A stretch of DNA of 63,003 nt, filler included, from Octopus bimaculoides (GCF_001194135.2; 7 parts of 7 records of this genome joined end to end with filler, not necessarily neighbours in it), one strand, 5' to 3'; shown: positions 36,032 through 50,584, counted from the first letter of the whole stretch. Notes: generated from the sequence alone by a model not told the origin. Made by a program: numbers and translations.

Positions 36032-36424
36032 CGACGTGCTTTTTGACTTTTTCATGGGAGACATTTATCCTTCTCAAAGAAGAACAAAACGTTATTCTCC
36101 TTCGAATGCCCTAATTCAAACTCACTATTCCACGGGCGTGTACCTTATTAGCACTCTGATACGGTCCAGATCTAGCAAACCACATCGAATGAGAGGGAAA
36201 AAACTAGTTTAAGATAAACAATCACACCATACATCACTTAATAGCAAAGTCGTAGAAACACGTGTCGGACTGGAATCTAATGTGAATTTAATGTGAATAA
36301 TACTGTAATAAACAAATTTTGAAGATATATAATTTTCCATTCTTCTTTGTGATGTGTGTGTGTGCGTGTGCGTGCGTGTGTGTGTGTGTGTGTGTGTGTG
36401 CGTGCGTGCGTGTGTGTGTTTGCG

Positions 36425-36456
<32 letters not shown>

Positions 36457-37418
36457 CATACATACGAGTAGTCACACAGATTAATAAATGAATGCCTACA
36501 TACTTGCGCGTGGCTGGCACCAATATTTATTTGATCCAGTAAAATGGGTTTCATAAAAGCTTTTCAAATATATCGGTTCTAAAACCTAGAAATAATTACA
36601 CTCTGGCTGCCATTGTAATTTGCACAATTGCGTTTGAAACGAAACCTACATTTTGAAATCCAAACGTAAACATATTTCATTTCTTTAGTTCTATAGTTTA
36701 CATTCAACTTTGTGACTTACCAAAGTCCTTCACTCGCCACAAAGCATTAACCACTATTCCTTTCTCTTACTATTCATCATAACGTCTTGGCTAATAAGAA
36801 TATCAGATGAATGTGTCTGTTTATTTTGCCTTGTAACTAAAATACGTTTTCTTCTTAACATAATACATACTTTCTTTCAATTATTTCATTCAACATGTTT
36901 ATCTTTTTGATATGTTTTATGTATTTTCTATTTTGTTTGTGCTTTTTCTTTTCTTTTCTTTTTCTCCCAAGTTACTCTACCAATTAAATTTGTACACTGT
37001 TGTGTGTGTGTGAGTGCGCGCGCACGTTTATGTATTCGATATTTATATTCATATTTGCGTGTATGTTTATATATATATATATATATATNNNNNNNNNNNN
37101 NNNNNNNNNNNNNNNNNNNNNNNNNNNNNNNNNNNNNNNNNNNNNNNNNNNNNNNNNNNNNNNNNNNNNNNNNNNNNNNNNNNNNNNNNNNNNNNNNNNN
37201 NNNNNNNNNNNNNNNNNNNNNNNNNNNNNNNNNNNNNNNNNNNNNNNNNNNNNNNNNNNNNNNNNNNNNNNNNNNNNNNNNNNNNNNNNNNNNNNNNNNN
37301 NNNNNNNNNNNNNNNNNNNNNNNNNNNNNNNNNNNNNNNNNNNNNNNNNNNNNNNNNNNNNNNNNNNNNNNNNNNNNNNNNNNNNNNNNNNNNNNNNNNN
37401 NNNNNNNNNNNNNATATA

Positions 37419-37450
<32 letters not shown>

Positions 37451-37485
37451 CACACATGCACACACACATCTCTGCTCGTACGGAG

Positions 37486-37516
<31 letters not shown>

Positions 37517-37626
37517 GATAAAGAGAGAGAGAAAGAGAGACGTAACCTGAATATGTAATATATATGCATTATACATATGATATGCTGGATAACAAAGATG
37601 TTTTTATGTGTATATATCATTTCTAT

Positions 37627-37684
<58 letters not shown>

Positions 37685-39206
37685 GTACATACACACACTT
37701 AAACACTCATAAGCACACGCACACATACAAACACACTTTCTCCTTCTCTCTCTCTTTCTCTCTTTCACACGCACACATCTACATATATACATATATAAAT
37801 ACAAACACACACACAAATATATACATGTAGATATACATACCTCTCTATCCATAAATATCTCTATCTATACAACTATCTCTCAATCTATCTATCTTTCCAA
37901 GTTTATATCTATCTATCTCTATCTATCTATATGTGTGTCTGTATGTGTGTATGTATGTATGTATGTATGTATAGATAGATAGATAGATTCACACACACAC
38001 ACACACATGTATATATAATATTTATACGTATATATGCATACACACATATACATACATATGTATGTATGTATGTATATATATATATATATATATATATCTA
38101 TATATATATATATATATATATATAAATATAACAAATTTATGTATGTCCTATACGTTCTTTGATGCGAGACCCGACCTTGCTAGTGCAGCACTAATATACC
38201 TATGTCAACATTATTATCCGCCTACGATGAGATATAATTAAAGCGATCCCACCCTCCCTCGTTAACGGCTGCAATATCAAACTAGTCTGTTGAATAAACG
38301 ACCCGTGTTTTGAGTTTCGTCTATTTTCACGGTTCATTAAATAGTTGTGTTTCTGTTGTAACATAAGTCTCGTGTGAATGAGATATCGCAACATCAGTAG
38401 AACGGCCATTGAATTTAATATGGTAGAATTGAGAGGAAAATTTATTAGGAAATGAATGAACATCATCACAATTTCTTATTTCATAAAGTGTTATGTGGCG
38501 CCTCCTTCTATTCAAAAGAGCAATTATATGTGTGTTGTGTGTGTGTATATATATACACACACACATACGCTGACGCACGCGCGCACACACACACGCATAT
38601 ATATATGCATAATTACATACATATATGTAGATATGTATGTATGTATGTATAAAATGAGAATGATGTGAATTATATTTGTGTATTCTGTATATGTTCATTT
38701 GTGTCGTATATATGTGCATATAACACTGTGTTTGTAAATATAATTGTGAGTTTGTGAATGAGTGTGTGAGTCAGTGAGTCAGTGAGTGAGTGTTTATATT
38801 TACAAACGTACAGCAAGCTTCATCTATGCATGACGTATATAAAATACGTTTATAGAGAAAGTTTGGTGATTCAAACCATTTCACATCGATGTTGCTCGGG
38901 AAACCATGTTCCTGAGATTGTGTCCCTTGGATAACAACAGGCAACGCAGCATCTCTTAGAACTCTGACTAGTGCAGAAATTGTGGCGGAGCAATCTTATA
39001 TAATATAAAGTGCCAGACCATGGATAGCTTTAGTAGGAATTTCATTGGTATATTTGAGGGATTCAAATTACCCAATAATGTTACTCGTCTTCTTAAACGT
39101 AACTCCAGCCCGAGGCTATAGTTGCAGACACTTGACCAAGGTACCATGTGGTGAGACTGAACTCGGAACCATGTGGCTGAGAATCAAACTTTTTACCACA
39201 CCTTGA

Positions 39207-39760
39207 ACGTTACCTCTAATGTAGTTAGAAGCTTTCTACTTCAAGTAAGACGATACTTTCCGCTGGCACATAAATATAACAAACTTCTTTACACAAACAC
39301 ACAACGTTAAGATCAGTTATTCCTGCCCAGAAAAATATTGCTTTGTAGATCCCGTACTACACCAAGAATATACAACTACATATTCCCCAACACAAGTGCC
39401 AAAATGTACTGTCATATTCCCTTTCTTGTCTATCCAAATCTATTGTATATCAAGCATCCCTAACTTCGATGGACGGTATTCAAAGAAATTACACAGAACA
39501 CTCTGCAAAAAGAAAAAGAATAATAAAAAAAAGTCTTCAAGAGTAGTTACTACAAGTATCGGCACTCACTTCTGAACAAGAAATAGGTTATCTGTAACAT
39601 TCCTATCACAATTCGTCTGGTAACTCAGAAACATAATATCTGAATACCAACCAATTTGATGTAGTTGAATTGCTAGTGTCTCATAATAATGGATTATCCA
39701 AGGAGGAGTTGATGTTATTAGAAAAAGAGCAAACTGGGAATACAGGAATTCTACCAACTT
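39207..39760 (+). mobile_element. Decayed Penelope-like element (RT C-terminus and GIY-YIG region)
   Basis: Frameshifted translation gives NVTSNVVRSFLLQVRRYFPLAHKY, HNVKISYSC and CLSKSIVYQASLT, which are Penelope hallmarks. Confidence 0.8.
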
Positions 39761-40271
39761 CGCTTTAATTGACTACAAAAAATATTCCTAAAGGTTCGGT
39801 ACTTATAGAAGACGGTTTGCACGCATTTGCTGCTAGCGGTACTAATCATGAGAGTATCATAAACATTACTAGACTGGGCTGTAGAAAGAGATAATATATC
39901 ATAAACATGAAACGCTTTTGGATAAGTTCTCGCTCCTGTACATATGTGTATGAACGCGCATGGCCCGCAAGTTAGGCATGTTGCACTCATAGCCGTGAGA
40001 TAGTGCTTTCGATTCCCAGACCGGCTACGTATTGTGTTCTTGGGCAAAATACTTCATTTCCCGTAGCATCAGTTCACTTAGCTGTAAATGAGTAAGTAAC
40101 CTAGCAGTGGACTAACCTTCCGATCATGGACAATATTGGCCTGCTCGCCTAGCTACCTGGATGGCATCCTTCAAAGGCTAAGACGATCAAAGCTCGTTGT
40201 TAGCAACAATATATAACAACATCCAATAGTCTGGTCGATCACATGACACACACACAAGCACACACACACAA

Positions 40272-40303
<32 letters not shown>

Positions 40304-40614
40304 ACACACAAGCACACACAAACACACACAAACACACACACAAAAACACATATACATACACACACACACAAGCATACACACACCAGCACACAAACACACA
40401 CACACGCACACACACACGCACACACACACACATATATATACATATATATATATAAAAGTTTAATAGTCANNNNNNNNNNNNNNNNNNNNNNNNNNNNNNN
40501 NNNNNNNNNNNNNNNNNNNNNTTTGAAGGCACATGCATTTTTAGTCATTATTTTATTTCACTAATTTTTATTGAACTTTTATTTCAGATAAAAAAAGGAC
40601 AGGACTTATTCTTA

Positions 40615-40860
40615 CAAATGAAATGAAAACGGATGCTGTGATTGTGGTTTTTGAAGGCTAACCATGGTGATTTAGAAATTTCACGTTTTCTCAAAGTCGC
40701 AAGATCTTTTGTCCACAGGATTCGGTGTGAGTTAGAGAAAGAAGATGGAGGCGTTATTTATTACTTGTATCAAAACGTAAAAAACGTTCCAAATGCTCTG
40801 ATTCTATCAGGACACCTGAATTTATTCAGGAAGTTAAGCAAAACAATCAGAAATGTGTAT
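40615..40860 (+). mobile_element. Relic of a Tc1/mariner (maT-like) transposase 5' region; related fragment at about 4055-4145
   Basis: LKANHGDLEISRFLKVARSFVHRIRCELEK then DSIRTPEFIQEV. The 4055 fragment gives IRTPEFIQQIQETIDYNPRKSMRS. Confidence 0.65.
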
Positions 40861-41261
40861 GAAGACAAATATTACGTAATGAGGAGACGTCAATTTATAT
40901 CAAAATATAAAATGGCTACCTAAATTCCTTTTGAACTCTGTCCTACCACAATATAGTTTGAACGTGGCAACTTCCTTGGTATTAAACAATATGGTTGAAG
41001 ATTCTTATCAACTAGATGGTACGACAAAAACATATATGTAGGCTCTTTTTTCTGTTTTTATCTTAATTTTTTTGAGCTTTCAATTTCCAATCTATTTATA
41101 TGTAATGATTTTTCAAAAAAAAAAGTTATCTTTTTATAACATCAGTAATTATATCCATTATTATCCATTTCCTTCTCCTTATTTTCCCTATATATATGTA
41201 TAGATTGATAGATATATATGTATGATTATAGATAAACAGACAGACAATAAGATAGATGGGT

Positions 41262-41341
<80 letters not shown>

Positions 41342-44173
41342 TGATAAATAGAGGATAATCCCTTGGGTTTTAATGTATGAGGGGAATAAAAGCCAACAAC
41401 ACAGCCGTTATGCTACCTACAGAGATTATAAGCTTTCGGTAGCGAAAGTTTGTGAAAGAATTGGGAACTCCTGATACCGAAGAGGTTCTGCAAATGTTTA
41501 GCACAAAATCTATGAAAAAAAAAATGCCTCAAATTCTCCCTCTCCCGGGTCTCTTGCCTCCCCAACAGCTTAGTGAGTCCAACCTTACCCGATATCTTAA
41601 ATGCGCACCAAACCAGAGATATATATCACGTAATTTGATGGCTATTGACTCTTCTGAGTTCATCCACCCTTTTACGGGTCTTGTTTTTCATCCTGCTGAT
41701 ATGTGTATGTGTGCGGGTGTGTGTGTTTGTGTGTGTTTGTGAGTGCGTGTGTATGAGACTGTGTGTGTGAGACTCTATGTGTGTGTGCGTGTGTGCATGC
41801 GTGAGACTGTGTGTATGTTTGTGTGCGCTTGCATACGTGAGACTCTGTGTGTGTATGTGTATGTGTGTGTGTAAAGTTCACATAAAGCCGATAGTGGGAG
41901 ATAAAATTAGACAACAACCGTGAGTTGCATATTTCTCTCGGAACTAATTTCAAAGTCAATGAAACGAAATAGCAACCAGCCAAATACTGAAATTGTTTCT
42001 CCGGTCTCAGATTGCTGAGAATGTAAATATTGTTTTCCAGCGTTTGATGTTAAATAAATAAATGATATTATGTTACATTAAATTAGATGTTACTTAATTT
42101 ATGAGTATTAGTAACGACAGGTGTTTCTATGTGATCGGCTGTTACAGTGTCAAGTTGCCACTTGAAGAAACGAGAGTTTATCTCAAGTATACACCAATAT
42201 AGCCCGGCATCAGTTGAAGACTGTAGGAATGTAAATACTTCATAATCATTTGTTAAGTAACCCTAGCTCTTAAAATATCTTGGATGATATTGTGGCTATT
42301 GTTCTTCGTACATAAACCTTCTAGGCCATCTCAGAAACCCAGTTATTCTTGAAGGTGTCTAACTTCCAGCGAGGAAGTTAGGAAGTGGTGACTAGAACTT
42401 GTAAAATAACCGCCAAATCAACCGGGTATCAAGTTATGGGCTAACTTTTATCTTTTTCTTTTTATCTTTTCCTTGTTTCAGTCAGCGCCTTCAAAATTTT
42501 TTAGTCGAATGAATCGAACCCAGTGCTTAGTTTTGATTTCAATCCCACTACGTGGCACCTTGGTCGTGTCTGGTACTATAACCTTCGGCCGACCAAAGTC
42601 TTCTGAGTGGATTTGGTAGATAGAAGCTGAAGGGATGCCATCGTGTATATGTGCATATGTGTGTGTGTGTGTGGGNNNNNNNNNNNNNNNNNNNNNNNNN
42701 NNNNNNNNNNNNNNNNNNNNNNNNNNNNNNNNNNNNNNNNNNNNNNNNNNNNNNNNNNNNNNNNNNNNNNNNNNNNNNNNNNNNNNNNNNNNNNNNNNNN
42801 NNNNNNNNNNNNNNNNNNNNNNNNNNNNNNNNNNNNNNNNNNNNNNNNNNNNNNNNNNNNNNNNNNNNNNNNNNNNNNNNNNNNNNNNNNNNNNNNNNNN
42901 NNNNNNNNNNNNNNNNNNNNNNNNNNNNNNNNNNNNNNNNNNNNNNNNNNNNNNNNNNNNNNNNNNNNNNNNNNNNNNNNNNNNNNNNNNNNNNNNNNNN
43001 NNNNNNNNNNNNNNNNNNNNNNNNNNNNNNNNCCCTCTCCCATCCACTCTCTCGCTCCTCTCCCCCTCTCTTGCCCTGTCATTACTTATGAGTTGAAAGT
43101 GATGCTTTAAAAAAAAAAAATAACATCTTCTAAAGATAATATATATTTTCAAATTTATTTTTTCTTATTCATTTTGCCCGATATCGTAATCCGTTTCTGA
43201 GAATATAACTGTATTATTTATGGTGGAAATGGTTGTGATTGTAGTGGTGGTGATAGAGAGGGACATATCTGGGGAAATGTGGCAACATTGCCCCAATTTT
43301 TACCTCTCAATCAGTACTAGCAACGTTAAGAAAAAGCCCATTAAGAACTTTATAAAAATCCCGTCTTTAAAAGATAACAATTACGTTTATCCCAAAGGCA
43401 TTCCCCACCCAGATCATATTTTCCATCTAAACATTACTCACCATTTATCTCCCCTTAATGGCCTTCCCTATGCAAGCGACGATATGTTTACTTATTTAGT
43501 CATTACGCCATTAGTAGTAGTAGTAATAGTAGTAATAGTAGTTGTTGTTTTGTTGTTGTTGTTGTTGTGGTGATGATGGTGGTGGTGGTGGTTGCAGCAG
43601 CGGAAAACAGGCGGTGGTAGTGATACTGATGGTCTTTCGTCCTAGGTCAGTCCTCACCAAACAAATCTAATGAAGTTGCTTCGACTCCTAGAATAGACAT
43701 CCAAAATCTCCTTCAAATAATCACGTTACTGTCTTAAAGGAAGAAAGGTTTCATACATATATATATATAGATATATATATAAATACATACATACCTACAT
43801 TCAACTTACAAATACACATACAAGCATACATGAATATATACATACATAGATACATAAATACATATGTGAATTCTCATTTGAACCTATGATTGTAGGTGTA
43901 TTAAGTGCTAAAAATTTGTACAATAACCTAGAAATGCTCGTTTTCAAGGAGAAAGAGCAAAACAATCTATTAGTAGCACAGAGATTTGTAAGACACCTCA
44001 AAGTTCTCCATCTAGTGTGAATAGATGCATACACTTGAGTGTATGCATTGACAGTTCAACCAACACATTAACTCAACCTGATATTTACAAACACCGTGAA
44101 CGCTCGTAACTAAAATGTCTTGTCACTTTGTTAGCGACCAACTTGAATACTCTCAAGACAAATCATACATACA

Positions 44174-44207
<34 letters not shown>

Positions 44208-44208
<1 letters not shown>

Positions 44209-44700
44209 CGATTATGTCACACTTTTGAGGAAGACAGCATACATGAGATCAGCAATTGCCCCAAAATGTCATTAATGTACAACCTCCGAATGCGACACGA
44301 TACTGTCGCTAAAACAATACACAGTGCCATCAGAAAAAAAAAAGAAATGACTGTCCTAGGAGAAATATAGAAAATCCCCCTGTTATTGAATACATAGGTA
44401 AACACCAACATAAGGAATATTGGTGGAGTATTCCCATCATAACATCTACTAAATCCAGGCTGGATATTGTTGTTTGGAACAGACAAAAAAAAAAGCATGT
44501 ACCGTCATAGAGGTCTGTTGCCTTTCTAATGAAAATCGAAGAGAAAGAGGATAGCTATGGACAACTGCTTCAACACCTTCAACTTCTATACCCAGATTAT
44601 AAATTAAAATTTATACTAATGATAATTGATATACTTAGTTTTGTGCGTAAATGCTGAAGTGACAATCTAAACAAACTTTTAGATCTCAGAAAAATTAATC
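44208..44700 (+). mobile_element. Relic of an RLE-type non-LTR retrotransposon C-terminus (R4/NeSL/CRE-like); second fragment at about 43870-44010
   Basis: CHTFEEDSIHEISNCPKM...RHDTVAKTIH matches the CCHC knuckle and RHD motif. It is followed by a degenerate PD-like endonuclease region. Confidence 0.7.
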
Positions 44701-46730
44701 AACCAGCTAATTTACATATTACGAATGCATTGTATAAGCGTAACAGTAAAAATAAGCAAGATTTGTTTTTGTTACCTACATTCCAACGACGGGGCTTCTT
44801 TGAATCTTTGTTAGAAACCAGGTTCTTCAATATAAAAAATACTTTAAATAATTTAAAGCAGAAGACGTATATATATACATACTCAAACGTGCATATATAC
44901 ATACAAACAGACAGACAAGCAGACAGGCTGGTAGATAAGCAGGCAGACAAACATGTACGTTGCGACAGAAGGAAATATATTGTGGAACTTACTAAACCCT
45001 GATATACAAACATAATAAATTGGATACAATGGTATGAGGAAATGCAAAAAGAATGAATGAAAAAAAAAAGTTATAGGGATTACTGCCTTGATCACTTTAA
45101 GAACACAAGGAGATGGATGCTGGAATTTAGAAACTGCGCAGAAATTTATACAATTTGGATGCTGCTGGATTATATCGCCCAGATCTACTGGCAATGGCCT
45201 TAAAGCTGTAATAAATATTATATAAGATCTATAATGTAACGTTAAAGCAACATCTCCAGCATAGAAAAGTAGTCAAATATTACGTCATGCCGGTTTGAGA
45301 GCACGAAGATATAAAGTTTATTAGGATAAGTTATAAACCTGAGAAAAGGCATGGAATGGAAGCTGACACAGATCTCTCTCCAAGGGTAATTACCAGCGAA
45401 ACAACAAATAATAAAAACAATAATGGACGAGCTGACCCGGAAATTGTGTGTCGATATGTTTTTGAAACGAAACACGCACATCATGGGGAGAACAAACACC
45501 ACTAAACCCTTACATAGAGTATATTCATGATTATAGCGTCTCACCTTGAATGCTGTTCCTATGTTAATTCTGGTGCAAGAAATCCGCACCAACTACTTTG
45601 CATACAAAAATACGTAGAAAACCCAATATATGCAAATGTATACAAACACAGTATATACAAATTATATACAAAATATATACAAACAACACTAAAATTCTTA
45701 TACAGAGTGTAAGCGTGATTATAACATCTTAATCTGAAAGTTGCTCCTACGAATACAGGAGCGAGAAATCCACACGTTACTTTCAATACAAAACTTAGAA
45801 AGCATTACCTCACAATGAAAGTAGGAATGAAGTGAACACACCAGCCACGCCATTGTCAACTGTGAGAAAATATCTTCCAGATAGACCCTTTGTACAAGAT
45901 CTGGTAGCCAGCAAAACAATCTAAAATAGAGTAAGAGATAAGAACAAATATAGATGGGGATACAAGAAACGATGAAATAAAAGAATATTGCTGGAATCTA
46001 AGGCTACAATTGTAAACAAATTCATAAAATGAATATAGAACCGAATTCGTATTGCTGTTTGGGACCACGAAATATAAGGAATTGATCAGTTTTGAAATCC
46101 AGCTGCCCACGATGTTAATATAGTTAGAAAACCACAGCACCTAAAATAATCTTTCTGGATAGTACCCCAAATACGCTTCCATTTTTATATCTGTTATTGT
46201 TGGAGTGAAGTGTGTATTAAATCATCTTGATCAAACTAGTGCACATTTTATTGTTTCCTAAATCTGGTACACGCAACCGAGACACGATTAACTTAAATTA
46301 TCCATCCTTAAAGTATACACACCATCGATAACTACTGCGCTATTTCTCTTGAGATAACATCTGATATGGACGTTTGGTGCTAAAGAAACAATGAATATCA
46401 GAGTGAAACTAAAATTCGCCAGGTCAGTGACCAGCGAAAACTCAAAATTTCGGCCATTTGGAGACTTATCAATGCGGTGTACTCGCAACCAGTCACATGC
46501 TCCGATGAGAATTCTTCGCCACTGATTTTGCAAATGGCCGGTCCGATGATCATACTAAAAGTCTGCAAGGAGTACATTAAAGGTTAGAAAATGAAAGTTT
46601 TGCACAGGAGATGAGTTAAAAGAACGGAAACACTTTGTTTAAAATATACGTTCTCTACAACCTTGCCAATGCGCCGTTAAAATAGCATTTAGAAAACCTA
46701 GCAGTAAAAGCAGACATTAACAAACGCATA

Positions 46731-46807
<77 letters not shown>

Positions 46808-47561
46808 NNNNNNNNNNCGATTCCCTGCCCTCATTTCTTGTATATTTTATATATATATATATATACATGCATATATACATACATACATACATACATGCAT
46901 ACATACATGAATAAATACACGTGTGCCTTGGAATGTGGCGTGAGGCTTGCAATTTGCGGGCAAGAATACGTTCGATTAAGTAATGAAAGAAAAAGAAAAA
47001 CAAAATTACTTCTATTGTGGAACACATACATACATTCGAATAAAAGGGATATTCTACCAATTGCAACAACAGAGGCCAAATATATAAAGAAAGAAAGAAA
47101 AAAAAACACGAAGTACAGCTACAGAGGTCACTCTTCTAAAGATGAGAATATTTCTTTACAAAACCATTGAGAATGTGACAATGGGTACGAAGACTACCTT
47201 TTCTCTCTTTAGTCATCATCTAAATTTACATTGGTACGTTGTACAGGCGATTTTGAATAGCTGGTTTTCAGTCGAAAAGAGTTACCAAAAAAGTGTGCAC
47301 TTTGGATATACAATGCGTAAGCTGAGCAATAAAACTAGGCAAACATATTCTAAAGTTCAAGAGTGTAGTTAAAAATATCCCTTTGCAATCACGTGGTTTT
47401 GGGTTCGAAACCACTGTGGGACAACTTTACCAAGTATTTCATCCTATAGCCTGGTGAGTGAATTTCGTAAACGGAAACTATGTAGAAGCCCGCCGTAAAT
47501 ATATGTACATATTTGTGTGAATACGTATGTGTGTGTGGTGTGGTGTGGTGTGGTGTGGTGT

Positions 47562-47618
<57 letters not shown>

Positions 47619-48439
47619 ATTTGTTCCTATCACTACTTGACAACCGATGTTGCTTTGTTTACCTCTCCAGCAGTTAGCGGTTCGGCAAAAGATGAAACTG
47701 ATAGTATAAGNNNNNNNNNNNNNNNNNNNNNNNNNNNNNNNNNNNNNNNNNNNNNNNNNNNNNNNNNNNNNNNNNNNNNNNNNNNNNNNNNNNNNNNNNN
47801 NNNNNNNNNNNNNNNNNNNNNNNNNNNNNNNNNNNNNNNNNNNNNNNNNNNNNNNNNNNNNNNNNNNNNNNNNNNNNNNNNNNNNNNNNNNNNNNNNNNN
47901 NNNNNNNNNNNNNNNNNNNNNNNNNNNNNNNNNNNNNNNNNNNNNNNNNNNNNNNNNNNNNNNNNNNNNNNNNNNNNNNNNNNNNNNNNNNNNNNNNNNN
48001 NNNNNNNNNNNNNNNNNNNNNNNNNNNNNNNNNNNNNNNNNNNNNNNNNNNNNNNNNNNNNNNNNNNNNNNNNNNNNNNNNNNNNNNNNNNNNNNNNNNN
48101 NNNNNNNNNNNNNNNNNNNNNNNNNNNNNNNNNNNNNNNNNNNNNNNNNNNNNNNNNNNNNNNNNNNNNNNNNNNNNNNNNNNNNNNNNNNNNNNNNNNN
48201 NNNNNNNNNNNNNNNNNNNNNNNNNNNNNNNNNNNTATATATATATATATATATATTATATCTATTCTTCCTCTACAACTTTTGTTTATCGTTTTTGAAA
48301 TTTGAATAAATTCATAAATGCTATCTCTTTTCAGACGTATGACGCCAGCGTGACAAGTAGGAAAATAAAAACAAATTTATCTGAAAACAACGATCACAGT
48401 ATCGCAGTATCATCAGCTGTTGTTATACACCGCTGGGTA

Positions 48440-49270
48440 TAATGTGCTTCCTATTCTCTCTTGATTGCGCCATTCTTTTCCATCTTGACCAAAATTGTTT
48501 GATAAACCGTTTATCCATCGTTGTGGAGGCCTTCCAAGTGGCTTCTTTTAGACTCTTGAATGCCATTCTGTAACTGTAGGTCCACTTCTTGTTTGAGAAC
48601 TTTGCGACGTATCCGGCCGAGCGGAACTCATGCTTTCGATATTCTCCTCAAAACAAAGCTTAGCTGTTTGTTGTTGGCACTCCGTCGCTTACGACGTCGA
48701 GGGTTCCAGTTGATCAACGGAACAGCCTGCTCGTGAAATTAACGTGCAAGTGGGTGAGCACTTCACAGACACGTGTACCCTTAACGTAGTTCTCGGGGAT
48801 ATTCAGCGTGACACAGTTGTGCCTTTGAATTACAGGCACAACAGAAACAGGAAGTAAGAGTGAGAGAAAGTTGTGGTGAGAGAGTACAGCAGGGTTCGCC
48901 ACCATCCCCTGCCGGAGCCTCGTGGAGCTTTAGGTGTTTTCGTTCAATAAACACTCACAACGGCCGGTCTGGGAATCGAAACCGCGATCCTATGACCGCG
49001 AGTCCGCTGCCCTAACCACTGGGTCATTGCGCCTCCACAAAGCTTAGATGATACCATACGTATCAGACATTTCAGAAACACTGCCCTAGCAGCGCTTTTA
49101 TACGTAGGTGGGACGAGGGTTACTACGAAGAGGATATAACATCGATTGGCTACGATGCAAAGGGCCAAGTAAAGATCCGTGTTGGGAATATCATTAAGAG
49201 AACATATTCGAAATGTGATAATTCGAAAAAGGAGCGCAGCGAACGATGTGATAGCAGAATAACAACGATA
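48440..49270. mobile_element. RTE LINE relic with internal inversion, interrupted by a SINE
   Basis: The minus piece 48440-48647 reads GEYRKHEFRSAGYVAK...VTEW...GRPPQRW. The plus piece reads ...QRAK*RSVLGISLREHIRNVIIRKRSAANDVIAE and ends at about 49265. Confidence 0.65.
48664..49037 (-). mobile_element. Composite tRNA(Arg)-like SINE with 10-bp TSD
   Basis: Flanked by CAAAGCTTAG at 48654-48663 and 49038-49047. The head is GGAGGCGCAATGACCCAGTGGTTAGGGCAGCGGACTCGCGG (another head at about 29498-29590). The tail is shared with SINE family B. Confidence 0.8.
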
Positions 49271-50584
49271 CGTATACTTGTTAATATCAGTATATAAAGT
49301 TAAGTCAATTTAATAAAAGTGCTATAGTGCATTTGAAGAACTTAAAATAATGTATTTTGGATAAGATATATATTTGACGCCATTGAAATCTTTTTAAAAT
49401 GTAATTAAAATAGAAAAAAAGACAAAATTAGGAAAACCAATAAAATTTTGATCTTTTCTTTTTTTTTTTAGTTTTACCTTAGGACATTCCATAAACATAT
49501 TCGGAAAGCATAAATATACAATAAAGAGTTAAGCAGTATATATACCTTTTGGTTTTTTAAAATTTATATAAGAACATTTTAAAGACAAATATACAAACAT
49601 ACATACACATACAAACACACACATAATAAAACACACACGCGTTTACACATTAGCATAAATATGCAGATATGCGTGCCACCGTAGCATACTCGAAAAATGT
49701 TAGTTATAAAGAATTTTATTAAATTCCACAAATACAAGTGTAAACGCAATTGTACAATTATTTAGAAAACGAAAGAAGAAGAATGTATATTTTTCTTTAG
49801 GTGCATACACGCATAGATAGACACGCTCACGCATATACACATGCACAAATAGGCATGGACATGCATGTGCATATTTCATAATATTAAATATGTAAACGTA
49901 TTTTTGAAATGTAAAATTCCTGTACATACGTGTGCATGCATTTCGCGATAAAAACAACAATAATGCTTGTATATATAAATACATGTATGTAAGTACGTAT
50001 GTGTGTATAAACTCACAGACATATACACACATACACAAACTTGTTCACACATACACTCACTCACACTTGCTTACACATCACACACGTACATACAAACACA
50101 CAATCACTCACACACACACACTCGCGCACACAAGCACGCACACACACACAGACACACGCGTACATACGAACACACGCAAACATGCTCTCTGGACACGATT
50201 GTGTTATAGGGAACCAGTTCCTACACTCATGCACAGATGTACTACAATCACAGGCGCTCAACTTCAAGGCACCGAGGGAAATATTGATTTCCCGTCTACC
50301 AGTGGAATTTGAAAGCAAAACTGAAATATTCTATTTTACTCTAGGCACAAGGCCCGAAATTTTTGGGGAGGGGACCAGTCCATTAGGTCGACCCCAGTAC
50401 GCAACAGGTACTTAATTTATCAACCCCGAGGGAATGAAAGGCAAAATCGACCTTGGCGGAATTTGAACTCNNNNNNNNNNCAACCTCGAGGGAATGAAAG
50501 GCAAAGTCGACCTTGGCGGAATTTGAACTCAGAACATAAAGACAGACGAAATACCGCTAAGCATTTCGCCCGGCCTTCTAATAT

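Noticed and set aside
4059-48420. Other CTGATGA occurrences (minus strand near 4060 and 48412; plus strand at 23561) as hammerheads
   Set aside because: None has a properly spaced GAAA or the complementary stems.
50410-50530. Duplicated SINE segment
   Set aside because: The copies flank a 10-N gap, so this is likely an overlap artefact.
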